Positions 20,370 through 30,670 of a stretch of 41,027 nt of DNA are shown here, piece by piece. The notes under the pieces are model-generated. The model ran no database searches. It was not told where the DNA came from and saw only the letters and a list, made by a program, of their open reading frames with translations. How positions within the stretch are numbered: position 1 is the stretch's first letter; each line of letters starts with the position of its first letter. Position numbers and translations under genes: made by a program. The DNA is from Candidatus Bathyarchaeota archaeon (GTDB lineage: Archaea; Thermoproteota; Bathyarchaeia; Bathyarchaeales; Bathyarchaeaceae). The stretch spans positions 920,463 through 961,489 of the forward strand of contig CP070791.1 of NCBI GenBank assembly GCA_020346825.1, given 5' to 3'.

Positions 20370-21466
20370 GCTTTTCTCCTCGCATAAAGTTCAGGTTTAA
20401 AGCCTCTCATCCTCAACCATTCAGCCGTTTTTCCAGTTAGAACAACTGGCTTTTCTTGTAGTTTGAGCACGGATTCTGCCCCTACAAGGAACATGGTGTT
20501 TCTTAGTTCTTCAATTACAAATTGAAGAGTCTGTTTGACTTCTTCTGGGCCTTTTGTGGTTGCCTTCAGGATTGGTGCGGTCATGCTGACTAAACTGGCA
20601 CCCAAGGCGAGGGATTTTGCCGCTTCTGTTCCGAAACGTATCCCTCCGGAGGCTATTACCGGTATATGAACTGATCTAGCTACCTCAACAAGACTTGGAG
20701 CGGTAGGTATACCCCAATCCCAAAATGTTTGCCCGAGTCTCTGACGGAATTTGTCTCGGGTCCTCTTCGCTCGATGAAATTCAACTGCTGCCCAGCTTGT
20801 TCCACCAACTCCGGCTACATCAATACCTGCAACTCCAGCTTCTTCAAGCTTCTTAGCCTCTTCAGTTGCTATGCCCGCGCCAGTTTCCTTGACGATGACT
20901 GGAACCTCGAGAGCTCGAGTGATTTCACCTATTTTGTCTATTACACCCGAATAGTTTGTTTCTCCTTCTGGTTGAACGACCTCTTGCAAAGGATTTAGAT
21001 GGATAGCCAAGGCGTTGGCTTTCAATATTTTGACAGCCCTCTTGGCTTCCTTCGCGCCGTATCCGTCAACAAGCTGTGCTCCCCCAATGTTGGCTACTAA
21101 AAAGGCCGTTGGGGCTTTCTCTCTAGCTATAGCGAAGGAACCTTCCAATCTAGGGTCCTCAATAGCCACCCTTTGGCTCCCGACACCCATCCCGAGTCCC
21201 AGCTCTTCAACTGCTTCAGCGATGGCAGCGTTTATCTTTGAAGCTTTCTCGGTACCTCCAGTCATTGCTCCTACAAGGAGTGGAGCAGAAAACTCGTGTT
21301 TGAAAACTACAGTGGAAAGTCCTATTTGCTTTCTCTCAATTTCTGGCAGAGCCTTGTGCACAAGGAAAATGTCTTCGAATCCAGTGGTTTTTCGCTGGGC
21401 TTGAACGTTTTCTTCCAGACAGACTCTAATATGGTCCACTTTTCGTTCTTCAATTTGGTTGTTCAA
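20366..21466 (-). CDS. fni: Type 2 isopentenyl-diphosphate isomerase
   Basis: RKVDHI, AMTGG, GVGSQR, HLNPLQE, KETGAG, GGTSWAAVE, WGIPT. Confidence 0.95.
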   Translation of the reverse strand: MNNQIEERKVDHIRVCLEENVQAQRKTTGFEDIFLVHKALPEIERKQIGLSTVVFKHEFSAPLLVGAMTGGTEKASKINAAIAEAVEELGLGMGVGSQRVAIEDPRLEGSFAIAREKAPTAFLVANIGGAQLVDGYGAKEAKRAVKILKANALAIHLNPLQEVVQPEGETNYSGVIDKIGEITRALEVPVIVKETGAGIATEEAKKLEEAGVAGIDVAGVGGTSWAAVEFHRAKRTRDKFRQRLGQTFWDWGIPTAPSLVEVARSVHIPVIASGGIRFGTEAAKSLALGASLVSMTAPILKATTKGPEEVKQTLQFVIEELRNTMFLVGAESVLKLQEKPVVLTGKTAEWLRMRGFKPELYARRKA

Positions 21467-22280
21467 TTATTTCATCCTTCTCGATTATTGTTCCGACGAC
21501 TTTTTCATCCTTAAGAGCCTTGTAAACCCTGTTGGGTTTTATGGCGTTTACAATTATCGCTCGGATTCCATGTTTTATGGCGGGCATCAATTCAAACATC
21601 TTGCCAAACATACCTCCAGTTACGTCGATAACCTTCGATCCCTCAATTTTGTTTTCAAGTTTTCTTAATTCTTCGAGTGTGATGTGTTGAATTAAACGCG
21701 CTGAAGGATTTGTTTTGGGGTCCGCCGTGTAGAGGCCGTTCACATCAGCACCTATTATAATGCGGTCTGCATTGAGTTTTATTGCCAGTGAAGAGACGAG
21801 TTGGTCGCCGGACAATATGGCAAACCCGATTTCCGAATCGAGGACAGCGTCTCCGTAGAGAACTGGCACAAACCCCATTTCAAGCATTTTTTTCAAAGGT
21901 CTCTCCTGCATGCTTTTGATTCGGCCAGCCTTCGTGACTACACAAGATGACGGCTGAACCGCTATTGCCGGGATATTATGGTTTATTAGGGAATCCACGA
22001 TCAACTTGTTTAACTTGGTCATCGCTTGATGGGTTTTTGAAAACCCTAAGATCTGTAACGGATCTTTGTAGCCTTCCATTATTCTAAATTGTTCCGCGAT
22101 TGGATGACCGAAAGAGCCTCCTCCGTGAACGAGAACAATAAGCGCAACATTGGCTCTCAAAATTTCTTCTGTTAATCGTTGTATTGCTGGCAAGTTGGGA
22201 GTTAACGGCTTTTCTTTATTTGTTATCACGGAGCCTCCGAGCTTCAGAACAATTGGTTTACTACTCAACCCTCGCACCAT
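21450..22280 (-). CDS. ipk: Isopentenyl phosphate kinase
   Basis: LKLGGSVIT, HGGGSFGH, SGD, DVTGGMFGK; position in the MVA operon. Confidence 0.92.
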   Translation of the reverse strand: MVRGLSSKPIVLKLGGSVITNKEKPLTPNLPAIQRLTEEILRANVALIVLVHGGGSFGHPIAEQFRIMEGYKDPLQILGFSKTHQAMTKLNKLIVDSLINHNIPAIAVQPSSCVVTKAGRIKSMQERPLKKMLEMGFVPVLYGDAVLDSEIGFAILSGDQLVSSLAIKLNADRIIIGADVNGLYTADPKTNPSARLIQHITLEELRKLENKIEGSKVIDVTGGMFGKMFELMPAIKHGIRAIIVNAIKPNRVYKALKDEKVVGTIIEKDEIIEQPN

Positions 22281-22327
22281 CGCCAGTTTTTATTGTGATG
22301 GAAGTTGTAACAGATTGCTGGAACTCC

Positions 22328-22714
22328 TTACTCCTCGATTGTAACAACGCTATTTACCAACCTAACTATGTCTCCGTTTCTTATTTTCGAAATGTCGATC
22401 CCATCGACACAAGGTATTTCTGAGATTATAGCTCCAACAGCGACTACAGTTTCACACTCTTTGTTCACTATTCCAGCTGGTGCTACCCCGTTCTTTTTCA
22501 TTCTATAAAGAGTGTAGGATCCAACCGTTGATCCTTTACCATTTGGGAAAACCAATATTTTCCCCTTCACCTTCTGTCCTTGCAGTTCATGTCCTTTCTC
22601 TATTACCTCGCTAGTGTTCGGGTCAACTCCACCATAGAAGGAGATTGGTTGTTTGGTGATTATGGCTTCTCCTTTTGCAACTCCCTTCGAGATCACTCTT
22701 CCCTCTAACTCCAT
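22328..22714 (-). CDS. Phosphomevalonate dehydratase small subunit (aconitase X swivel domain)
   Basis: ISFYGGVDP, GKGSTVGSY (catalytic Ser region); ATG at 22714. Confidence 0.88.
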   Translation of the reverse strand: MELEGRVISKGVAKGEAIITKQPISFYGGVDPNTSEVIEKGHELQGQKVKGKILVFPNGKGSTVGSYTLYRMKKNGVAPAGIVNKECETVVAVGAIISEIPCVDGIDISKIRNGDIVRLVNSVVTIEE

Positions 22715-23901
22715 TTTCCTCTCACCGCAGCGTCCACGCATTCTTCCAAACTTCCTAGTTTGGTCTTCATATTGTTATGTCTTGAATAGTAACATCCTTT
22801 TGCGGAGGTTGTTGCAACAGATTCAAATCTTCCTTTGAGTGGAGCTACTGCCATACATGTGTCGCAAGCGAATTTTCCCCCAGCTTTTTCGATTATTTTT
22901 GTGTAACTTCTTTTGTCAGCGAGTTGTTTCATTTGCCTTGAAGTCGCAACCCAGAATTCAGTGTCCGGAGATATAGTTTTGTCCTTTAGCAGTTTTGCTA
23001 TTGTAGCGATTTCTTTAATGGAAGAGTGAGGACAGCCTATACACACCAAAGCAATGGTGTCAACATCGTCGTTAATGCTTTCGTATGCTTCTCTTATGTC
23101 CGAGTCCTCGATAGTGATTCCCTCTCTTGGAGGCTGATATTTTTCGGATCCAGGAGTTATTCCCTTAATATAAAATAGTGGTTTTGAACCGTAGGTCACC
23201 ACTGAGGCACAGAAAGTCTTCAATTCATCCAAGCCAACATCTTCAATGCCTGAAATGTATGGGATTCTGTTTTCCACTTTTTTGCCTATAGAATAGCCAA
23301 GGGCTCCCCAATCGGAGAATTTCTCCAATTTAGCCTCCACGATCACATGAGTATCTGGCACCCTGTTCTCTTCCAGATGAAGCCCATATTCTGGTGTTTT
23401 GCCAATGAAAGCTGCAGCAAGAGCTGATGGACCTCCTTCCCTGTTTGTTTTTGCCCCGATAACTGAGTTAGCGAAAGTAACTGCGGAAGACTCGGACCAA
23501 GCGATGTGTTCTCCATATCTTGGTAGGTTACCTATCAAGTATGGCGTACATGTGCAGGAGATGATTATGCCCATCTTTCTGAAGGTATCTATGACCAAGT
23601 TTTGTTTTCTTGCGAATTCTTCGGAGATTCCGAGTTTTTTCCAATCTTCCAAATCCATTCCTGCAGGGTTCAAAGTTGTGAGTACTTTGACTCTTCCATC
23701 TTTTGCCAGTTCGTTTAGGAATTCCAAACCAGCATCCCCGAGGTTATGATATGATACGCCTGCCACCTGAACAGAACCTACTCTGATGAGTTTTTCAGCC
23801 CCGAAAATGTTCCCTAGGGCAACAAGTATCTCCATGGACTTTCTTGTTGCGTAACCTTCTTTTCCATCCAGCATTCTTTCTTCTTCTTTTGTGAGGTACA
23901 T
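22705..23901 (-). CDS. Phosphomevalonate dehydratase large subunit (aconitase X catalytic domain)
   Basis: MYLTKEEE, GVSY, TLNP, CTCTPY, WSESSA, GCPH, DTC, TSAK; Fe-S cysteines. Confidence 0.9.
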   Translation of the reverse strand: MYLTKEEERMLDGKEGYATRKSMEILVALGNIFGAEKLIRVGSVQVAGVSYHNLGDAGLEFLNELAKDGRVKVLTTLNPAGMDLEDWKKLGISEEFARKQNLVIDTFRKMGIIISCTCTPYLIGNLPRYGEHIAWSESSAVTFANSVIGAKTNREGGPSALAAAFIGKTPEYGLHLEENRVPDTHVIVEAKLEKFSDWGALGYSIGKKVENRIPYISGIEDVGLDELKTFCASVVTYGSKPLFYIKGITPGSEKYQPPREGITIEDSDIREAYESINDDVDTIALVCIGCPHSSIKEIATIAKLLKDKTISPDTEFWVATSRQMKQLADKRSYTKIIEKAGGKFACDTCMAVAPLKGRFESVATTSAKGCYYSRHNNMKTKLGSLEECVDAAVRGKWS

Positions 23902-23905
23902 ACAA

Positions 23906-25213
23906 TCACAAGAACTTGCTTAGGTCGACTTTTCTGTATTCCTCAATCTTGAAGCCTTTACCTGTTTTTTTCAGTGGAACCGTTGCGTCTAACCCCATTT
24001 TACACGTTGTAGCTTTTTTTCCTTCAGTTAAGTCACCAGATGGATCAAGAGAAGATCCTCTCTGTTTTGGCAGGATAACTGCGTCCTTGTCTGCTTGAAA
24101 TCTCGTTGAAATAGCCCATTCAACTTTGCTTAGGTCATAAATGTTGATGTCGTCGTCCACAACAACACAATGCTTTAATGATTTGTGGCCTTCAAAGGCC
24201 GCCTTTATCGCTTTCTTTCCGTCATCTGGATTCCGTTTTTTTATTTGTACCACTGCGTGGAGCCAACTGCAACCACCTGGAGTTACATAGACATCCTTAC
24301 ATTCACAGACCTTGTTCACCTTGGTGAAGATTGTTGGTTCTCTAGGCATTCCCATCAAGAACTTGTGTTCGTTTCTGCCAGCAAGTATGGTCTGGTAAAT
24401 AGGTTTCTCTCTATGAGTTATACAGTTGACTTCTATCACTGGCTGCTGTCTCACTTTGTCAACAATTCCTGTTAAATCTAGGAATGGTCCTTCTGGTGCT
24501 CTTTCTTTTGTTATTCTTCCCTCTAACACAATCTCGCAGTTTCTTGGAACCTCAACATCTATTGTCTTGCACCTCACCAATTCTGTTTTTTCTAGTGCAC
24601 TGGCCATTCCTAATTCGTCAACGCCCTTTGGTAGAGATGTGGCAGCAGCAAGAAGAACAGGGGTTGAGTTGCCAATACATATTGCTATATCTAGTTCGCC
24701 ACCAGATTTTTTGACAGCAGTGTCCGTTCCTCTCTCTTCAACGATTCTAGCAACAAACTTGTTCTCATCTAGCAACATCAACCGGTGGAAGCATGTGTTT
24801 CTACCAAACTCAGGGTCCTTTACTATAGCTATGGCGGATGCAATGTATTTTCCTCCATCTTTTTCGGTATACCTCATTATTGGGAGCTTTGTTAGATCGA
24901 CATCTTTCTCAACTATTTCTTGACATTCGCCCTTCTCCACAACATTTGGAGGCAGAGGATTCTCTATGGCACTGGATAACTTGCGCAACAATTGTGTTCT
25001 TTTTGTGTTCAAGGCTCTAGCAATAAGGTCTTTGGAAGAGATAAGCCCAGCTACAACGGGGATGCTAGATTCTTTCACCTTTTCAAAATATACTGGGTTT
25101 TCGTTGAGCGCATCTATAATCCCGGCCATCTCATATTCGGTTGACACTTGTTCTCTTATTCTTGTCAATTCTCCATTTTTGTCAAGTTGTTCCAAGAAAC
25201 TTCTAAAACCCAA
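23906..25213 (-). CDS. UbiD-family prFMN-dependent decarboxylase, likely anhydromevalonate phosphate decarboxylase
   Basis: HRL, EIVLEG, EGPF, EH, VDDDI, EWAISTR, GSSLDPS, KMGLDAT; flanked by mvk and acnX genes. Confidence 0.88.
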   Translation of the reverse strand: MGFRSFLEQLDKNGELTRIREQVSTEYEMAGIIDALNENPVYFEKVKESSIPVVAGLISSKDLIARALNTKRTQLLRKLSSAIENPLPPNVVEKGECQEIVEKDVDLTKLPIMRYTEKDGGKYIASAIAIVKDPEFGRNTCFHRLMLLDENKFVARIVEERGTDTAVKKSGGELDIAICIGNSTPVLLAAATSLPKGVDELGMASALEKTELVRCKTIDVEVPRNCEIVLEGRITKERAPEGPFLDLTGIVDKVRQQPVIEVNCITHREKPIYQTILAGRNEHKFLMGMPREPTIFTKVNKVCECKDVYVTPGGCSWLHAVVQIKKRNPDDGKKAIKAAFEGHKSLKHCVVVDDDINIYDLSKVEWAISTRFQADKDAVILPKQRGSSLDPSGDLTEGKKATTCKMGLDATVPLKKTGKGFKIEEYRKVDLSKFL

Positions 25214-25252
25214 TCATCTTCCTCCATATTCTTTGATAGGATCTGTCTTCCT

Positions 25253-26197
25253 TTATGTTTTTTTGATTCCAATCTTTGTTCGCAACACTTTGAACCCTTC
25301 CTTTTCCATGGCTGTTGCCACTGCTTCTTGCAGTTCTTTTCTTGGGGTTAACGCGACCATGCAGCCTCCTCCGCCACCTCCCGTTAGTTTTGCTCCAAAT
25401 GCCCCTTGCTCTCGAGCTAAGGTCACTAGATAATCTAATTCTTTGCAGGAAACTTCGATTTTCCGCAGCAAGTGATGGTTCTCGTTCATCAACTTGCCCA
25501 CTTTTTTCAAGTTGAATTCTTCTAGGGCTTTTCTTGCCGGGAACGCTATACCTTCTGCTTGTTTGAACAATGGATTGTATTTTTTCGGATTGTTTTTCTT
25601 TCTTGCAGCAACTCCAGCGACCATTTCCTTGGTATCGGCTACAATTCCTGTGTTGCCGATGATAATCTCAACTGGTTCTCTTATGTTCAGTTTCTCGATT
25701 GTGTTTGGGCCTCCGCTCAGATTCTTTTTGAACCAGATTAGCCCTCCATAAGTTGCTGCTGTATTGTCAATGCCTGAGGGGTTTCCAGCATAGGCTTTTT
25801 CAGCCTCATAGGCGGCTTCATTGATTCTTCCGTCGGACAAATCCATTTCGAATTCTTTTGCTATAGCTCTGGCAATTGCCACGCTACTTGCTGCTGAAGC
25901 TCCAATTCCGCTGAAACCAGGGAGGTTTCCTCCCAACCAGATCTCCAAGGAGGCTTTTTTCGGGTCAATTCCCATCGTTCTAAGCATTCTTTCTATTGAT
26001 TCTTTCTGTTGAGTTCTTTTCTTTGCAGCATAGCCGTTTGCGCCTTTTCTTTCGTCGTTTACGATAATCCCTTCTACATTCTTTTTCACTTCGGCGTCAG
26101 CGGTTGAGTCAATCGCGGAAACAATTCCTGGGATGCCGTGAACAACGAAGTGTTCGCCAAACAAAATGACTTTTCCGAAACCAGCTCCTCTTCCCAT
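25253..26197 (-). CDS. mvk: Mevalonate kinase
   Basis: GKVILFGEHFVVHG, GIGASAA, PSGIDN, GAKLTGGGGGG. Confidence 0.93.
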   Translation of the reverse strand: MGRGAGFGKVILFGEHFVVHGIPGIVSAIDSTADAEVKKNVEGIIVNDERKGANGYAAKKRTQQKESIERMLRTMGIDPKKASLEIWLGGNLPGFSGIGASAASSVAIARAIAKEFEMDLSDGRINEAAYEAEKAYAGNPSGIDNTAATYGGLIWFKKNLSGGPNTIEKLNIREPVEIIIGNTGIVADTKEMVAGVAARKKNNPKKYNPLFKQAEGIAFPARKALEEFNLKKVGKLMNENHHLLRKIEVSCKELDYLVTLAREQGAFGAKLTGGGGGGCMVALTPRKELQEAVATAMEKEGFKVLRTKIGIKKT

Positions 26198-26287
26198 TGG
26201 CTCTACTCCAAAAAGACAGTTAGTGTTGAATTGGATAAAATATTTTTGAAGGTGGGAGAGCTTATTGGCGAGAATTGCCTTGCGTGG

Positions 26288-27157
26288 CTAACTTTTCAAG
26301 AACGCAAGGGAGGCGTAGCCAACTACCGTAGAGAGGTCGCCGGTTATGTCACCGCTTGTCTTGTAGCACAACAGTTGAGCTTTGCCAGCGCCTGATTTCT
26401 TTGCAGCAACAATAGTTGCGATAGTCGGACCGCAACCGCAAGTTGATATAGCGTGAGATTCTATTATGGAGTAGTATTGTTCTTCGTCCATTTTGATGAT
26501 GGCGTCGATGGCCGTTTTGTCTTTTTTTTCAGCCCTTTCCTGAGGCTCATAGTGCGTCATGTCCGTAGATGCTATTACCACTGCGTTTTTACCTGACAAA
26601 GCTTTCGCGGTAGCCTGTCCTACTTCTGAGCTGGATTCTGGGTCTTGCATGAGAAAACATATGGGAACAAACCTGAACGTTGAACCATAGAGGTATTGTA
26701 AGAAAGGTAGCTGAAGCTCTATGGAGTGTTCGTAAGCGTGGGCTCGGTCGTCCACATCGATGATGCTGGACTGGCTCAAGATCTGATTGGCGGTCTTGGT
26801 GTCGATCTCTACGTCGCCTATGGGCGTACGCCAAACTCCCTCATTCATGAGGGAGAGTGCGCTTCCACGTCCAGTATGGTTGGGACTGAAAATCACAACG
26901 ATTTCTGGTTTACCGTCTTTCGCAAGTTCGTAATATGCGTGGGCAGCCACGGGACCGGAGTACATGTATCCTGCGTGAGGACAGACGAGTCCAACTATGC
27001 TTCTAGGGCCTTCTTGAACAACTTTGGGAAGTTCTTTAGGGCCAAGTTCATGGGTGAAACATCTTTCTATTTGTGCCTGTAAGCCCGTGGAGGTACCGGC
27101 GTACCATGTACCAGCGACGGCGGGGCTTCTAACTTTCAAACTTTTTCTTCCTATCAT
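26288..27157 (-). CDS. MEMO1 family protein (AmmeMemoRadiSam protein B)
   Basis: [52 protein letters not shown]. Confidence 0.92.
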   Translation of the reverse strand: MIGRKSLKVRSPAVAGTWYAGTSTGLQAQIERCFTHELGPKELPKVVQEGPRSIVGLVCPHAGYMYSGPVAAHAYYELAKDGKPEIVVIFSPNHTGRGSALSLMNEGVWRTPIGDVEIDTKTANQILSQSSIIDVDDRAHAYEHSIELQLPFLQYLYGSTFRFVPICFLMQDPESSSEVGQATAKALSGKNAVVIASTDMTHYEPQERAEKKDKTAIDAIIKMDEEQYYSIIESHAISTCGCGPTIATIVAAKKSGAGKAQLLCYKTSGDITGDLSTVVGYASLAFLKS

Positions 27158-27798
27158 TCTTCTCTGGTTAGCTTCAGTTCGAAATCTTCGATGGACTGGC
27201 CTATGTCTTTATCTGGGGCTATTTCCCCTTTTTCGCGCATTGTTTGTCTGGCGAGAAGCCAGTAGATGACTGCCAAGGCTCTTCGGCCTTTGTTATTGGT
27301 AGGAATAGCCAAATCTACATAAGAAAAATCGTTGTCGGTGCTGCAGAGAGCTATAACTGGAATGCCGACTGTTGAGGCTTCTTTTACTGCTTGTACATCG
27401 GCTTTTGGGTCAGACACCATTATTACGCGGGGTTCGATACGGTTTGGGTAAAGAGGATTCGAAAGCAACCCGGGAATGAAGCGTCCAATAATGGGAATCG
27501 CTCCAACTACTTCGCAGAATTTCTCTACCGGAGAACGTCCATACAATCTCGCCGCTACAACTGCAATCTTTGACGGTTCAAACCTGGCAAGGAATTTTGC
27601 AGCTACCCGTATACGTTCATCTGTTTTCTTGACGTCTAAGACAAATAACCCGTCAGACCTGACGCGATATATGAACGGATTCATATCTCTTGTTTTCATC
27701 CTAGTTCCAATGTGGATTCCCGCGGATAACAGGGTGTCTTGAGGCAGCAAGAGTTCCTCTTCGCTGGGAGTTTCGTTTTTTTCTTCTGTTTCAGACAA
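27154..27798 (-). CDS. rps2: 30S ribosomal protein S2
   Basis: AGIHIGT, GRFIPG, PTNNKGR. Confidence 0.96.
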   Translation of the reverse strand: MSETEEKNETPSEEELLLPQDTLLSAGIHIGTRMKTRDMNPFIYRVRSDGLFVLDVKKTDERIRVAAKFLARFEPSKIAVVAARLYGRSPVEKFCEVVGAIPIIGRFIPGLLSNPLYPNRIEPRVIMVSDPKADVQAVKEASTVGIPVIALCSTDNDFSYVDLAIPTNNKGRRALAVIYWLLARQTMREKGEIAPDKDIGQSIEDFELKLTREE

Positions 27799-27816
27799 AT
27801 TTTTTCCTCCTAAAAC

Positions 27817-29061
27817 TCATAGTATAGACATTTTTGCTCTGTTTCCCAGAGTTTCTTCTATTCGGGTGAGTTCGTTGATTTTCGCCACTCGCTCTCCTTG
27901 TAGTACGCCAGTCTTGATCACTGGACAGGAGAAAGCTATTGCTAAATGAGCTATGTGGGCATCGCTTGTTTCTCCGGAGCGATGGGACACAACAGGAATA
28001 TATTGCGCTTTCTTAGCCACTCTTGTAGTCTCCCAAGCGTCTGTGAGGGTGCCTACTTGGTTTCCTTTTATGATGATGGAGTTTGCAGCGCGAACTTTTA
28101 TCCCTCGAATTAATCTCTCTCGGTTTGTGACAAACAAGTCGTCGCCACAAATAAGACTTTTCTTGACCTTTCTAGTGAGTTCTGCAAAGCTTTCATAGTC
28201 TTCTTCATGAAATGGGTCTTCAACATAGGCGAGGTTGTAATCTTCAACGAGACGCAAAACGAATTCCAGTTGTTCTCCAGAATCTCGTTTTATTCCGTCT
28301 CTGGTGTAAACGTAACATTTTTCTTTCTGGCTCCACAGGGTGGAAGCTGCCACATCAAGGCCTGCTCTGCATCCAACACCTTGTTCCCTTGAGACTTCTT
28401 CACAAGCCTTCACCACAATTCTTAAGGCGTTTTCACTTTTCATGTTGGGAGCCCAAGCTCCTTCATCTCCTCTTCCACCAGTGAAGGTCTTGTTTGACTT
28501 TTTGAGATAAACACCAACCTTTTGATGAACCAAAACGTTGGCTTTGGCGGCATCCGAAAAGCTTGGTGCTTGTAGGGGGATAGTTAGATACTCTTGGATG
28601 TCTAGCGTCTTCCCGAGGGCGTGTTTTCCACCACCCAAAACATTTCCGAGAGGATATGGAAGCTCGTTTGTGAGATAGCCGGAAAGATGTTGAAACAAAG
28701 GCATGCCGTAAGAGGTCGCAGCTGCTTCAGCTGTAGCTAGGGAGACAGCGAAAGCCGTGTTTCCTCCGAGATTTCCAAAATCCTTTGTTCCGTCAATTTC
28801 GTGAAGAAGAAAGTCAATTTCTTCTTGTTCCTCCGCGTCCAAGCCAACTAGCTCGGGACCAATAAATTCCTCTACCTTCTTGATTGCTGTGTTCACCCCT
28901 TCTTTGGGGTACGGAGCAACCTCAGCCTTGCCCCTGCTAGCTCCAGCGGGAGCAGAGGCCCTTCCAAACCCCGCCGTAGTTACAATGTCAATTTCAATAG
29001 TCTCCTCGCCTCGGCTGTTGAAGATTTTTCGGGCTATAACATCTTCGATGATTGATGACAT
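27817..29061 (-). CDS. eno: Enolase
   Basis: NSRG, GGKHA, QE, GDEG, DVAAS, EDP, GDDLFVTN, K.NQ, SHRSGET, IKTG. Confidence 0.94.
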   Translation of the reverse strand: MSSIIEDVIARKIFNSRGEETIEIDIVTTAGFGRASAPAGASRGKAEVAPYPKEGVNTAIKKVEEFIGPELVGLDAEEQEEIDFLLHEIDGTKDFGNLGGNTAFAVSLATAEAAATSYGMPLFQHLSGYLTNELPYPLGNVLGGGKHALGKTLDIQEYLTIPLQAPSFSDAAKANVLVHQKVGVYLKKSNKTFTGGRGDEGAWAPNMKSENALRIVVKACEEVSREQGVGCRAGLDVAASTLWSQKEKCYVYTRDGIKRDSGEQLEFVLRLVEDYNLAYVEDPFHEEDYESFAELTRKVKKSLICGDDLFVTNRERLIRGIKVRAANSIIIKGNQVGTLTDAWETTRVAKKAQYIPVVSHRSGETSDAHIAHLAIAFSCPVIKTGVLQGERVAKINELTRIEETLGNRAKMSIL

Positions 29062-29073
29062 GCTGATCGCCCA

Positions 29074-29301
29074 TCAAAATGGTTTGACTTGTTTCCTCCT
29101 TCCTTTCTCTTCGTGAAACTTGAGAATCTCGTCGGCGATTTCAATGTGAGACAACAGCATGCGGCGACAACAATATCGTGTCACCCCTAGGCTGTCCAAG
29201 ACTTTCTTTGAATCTTCTCCTGCCATCACTCTTCTGGTGAAGTCTTCCCATTTATCTCCGATTAACTTGCCACATGTAAAGCAGCGTACTGGTATAATTA
29301 T
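29074..29301 (-). CDS. rpoN: RNA polymerase subunit N (Rpo10), apparently initiating at ATA
   Basis: Hand translation (absent from the ORF track): (ATA)[20 protein letters not shown]...[18 protein letters not shown]...KPF*; SD GGAGGT ends 9 nt upstream. Confidence 0.93.
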   Translation of the reverse strand: MIIPVRCFTCGKLIGDKWEDFTRRVMAGEDSKKVLDSLGVTRYCCRRMLLSHIEIADEILKFHEEKGRRKQVKPF

Positions 29302-29446
29302 TTTAGCTCAACCTCCTTTCCACATTTCTAACTTCCAGATAATAAAGTGTTTCCGAGCATCACGTTCCTACTTATACGTTTCGACTTAGTTTCAACATGA
29401 ACCTTTTAGCACTTTCGCTTGGCCTACGTCATGCGTCTGATGGTGT

Positions 29447-29860
29447 TTATCTATAACTTTTTTGACTCCTAGCCCTTGCACCTGGACCTCCAAACTTTTT
29501 GGGCTCTTTTCGCCTATGATCGCCTGCAATCATGGTTCGATCATAGTCGCGGAGGGCTGTTCTGAGGCGAGCGCTTTTTGTCCATTTAATTAGACATTTG
29601 GCTATGGCTATTCGCGTGGCTTCAGCCTGCCCCATGAAGCCTCCGCCCGACACCGCAACATTGATGTCAAGTTGTTTCCATATTTCATCATCTACTAGGA
29701 GAAGGGGCTCCATTATTTTGTCACGAGCCAGTTTTGGTTCAAAAATCTCCACAGGGATATTGTTTACGCGAATTCTTCCTTTTCCAGCTCTGACTGTTGC
29801 TCGGGCTGTAGCTGTCTTTCGCTTTCCGCTCAATACCAAGACTTTTTTGGATTTTGACAT
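29447..29860 (-). CDS. rps9: 30S ribosomal protein S9
   Basis: [41 protein letters not shown] at 29860. Confidence 0.96.
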   Translation of the reverse strand: MSKSKKVLVLSGKRKTATARATVRAGKGRIRVNNIPVEIFEPKLARDKIMEPLLLVDDEIWKQLDINVAVSGGGFMGQAEATRIAIAKCLIKWTKSARLRTALRDYDRTMIAGDHRRKEPKKFGGPGARARSQKSYR

Positions 29861-29861
29861 A

Positions 29862-30302
29862 TTACTCACCTTTTGAGGACCAACCGATTTCTTTGGCAAT
29901 CTCTCCAACGGTTACATAGGGGCATTTCAGCCTTTCTGCGCTGGCTTCGGACAATGTTTGGGCTCCCTTGTCCTCGAGTTCTGATGGTGTGTCAAGGTAA
30001 ACCTTAAGTCTTTTGAACGCTTGCTTTCCCCTAGGTTTCTTTCGAGGAAGCATGCCACGAATGGTTCTTCGAACAATTTTGTCAGGTCTCCTAGGGTGGT
30101 ATGGACCCTTTCTTGGGTGGCCAACTTCAAGGAACGTTTTCGCGTCTCTAACTCTGCTCAATCTTATACCAGATATAGCTGCTTTTTCAGCGTTTACGAT
30201 AGTAATCGTCTCGCCTTGGAGAAGACGTTTGGCTATGATGCTAGCCATTCGACCAAGAATCAGTCCCTTCGCGTCTATAATCACAGCGTTTTCGAAACTC
30301 AT
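29862..30302 (-). CDS. rpl13: 50S ribosomal protein L13
   Basis: [28 protein letters not shown]. Confidence 0.96.
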   Translation of the reverse strand: MSFENAVIIDAKGLILGRMASIIAKRLLQGETITIVNAEKAAISGIRLSRVRDAKTFLEVGHPRKGPYHPRRPDKIVRRTIRGMLPRKKPRGKQAFKRLKVYLDTPSELEDKGAQTLSEASAERLKCPYVTVGEIAKEIGWSSKGE

Positions 30303-30307
30303 TCTAG

Positions 30308-30670
30308 TTACCCCATGACTCTAACGTTGGTGCCCTTAGGGTTTTTATCCATTAAGACTTTGATTGACAAGCATGTTCCTTTGGCCTTTAGGATTTTAGA
30401 TCGTGCTTGTTCGGAAAAGGTAAAGGCGGCTACGTTAATCGGGTGATCAATCCTTCCAGCGCCCAGCACTTTGCCTGGAACCGCTACGGTTTCCCCTTCA
30501 TTCGTGTGGCGGTTTAATCCACTTACGTTTACTGCTATGCGTCTTCTTTTTGAGCTTAGCAGGCGATCGGCTATGCAACGCCATATCTCTACCTGGTTTT
30601 CCCGGGATTTCTTTCTTAAAGACCGCATAAGAGCAATTAGCTCTGGATTGGTTGTTCTAACTTTCTTCAC
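30308..30670 (-). CDS. rpl18e: 50S ribosomal protein L18e
   Basis: TNP, VNVS, VPGKVLG, FS..A..KI. Confidence 0.95.
   Translation of the reverse strand: MKKVRTTNPELIALMRSLRKKSRENQVEIWRCIADRLLSSKRRRIAVNVSGLNRHTNEGETVAVPGKVLGAGRIDHPINVAAFTFSEQARSKILKAKGTCLSIKVLMDKNPKGTNVRVMG

Noticed and set aside
29308..29310. In-frame UGA upstream of rpoN read as selenocysteine
   Set aside because: It lies outside the conserved protein, does not align with a Cys, and no SECIS was recognised
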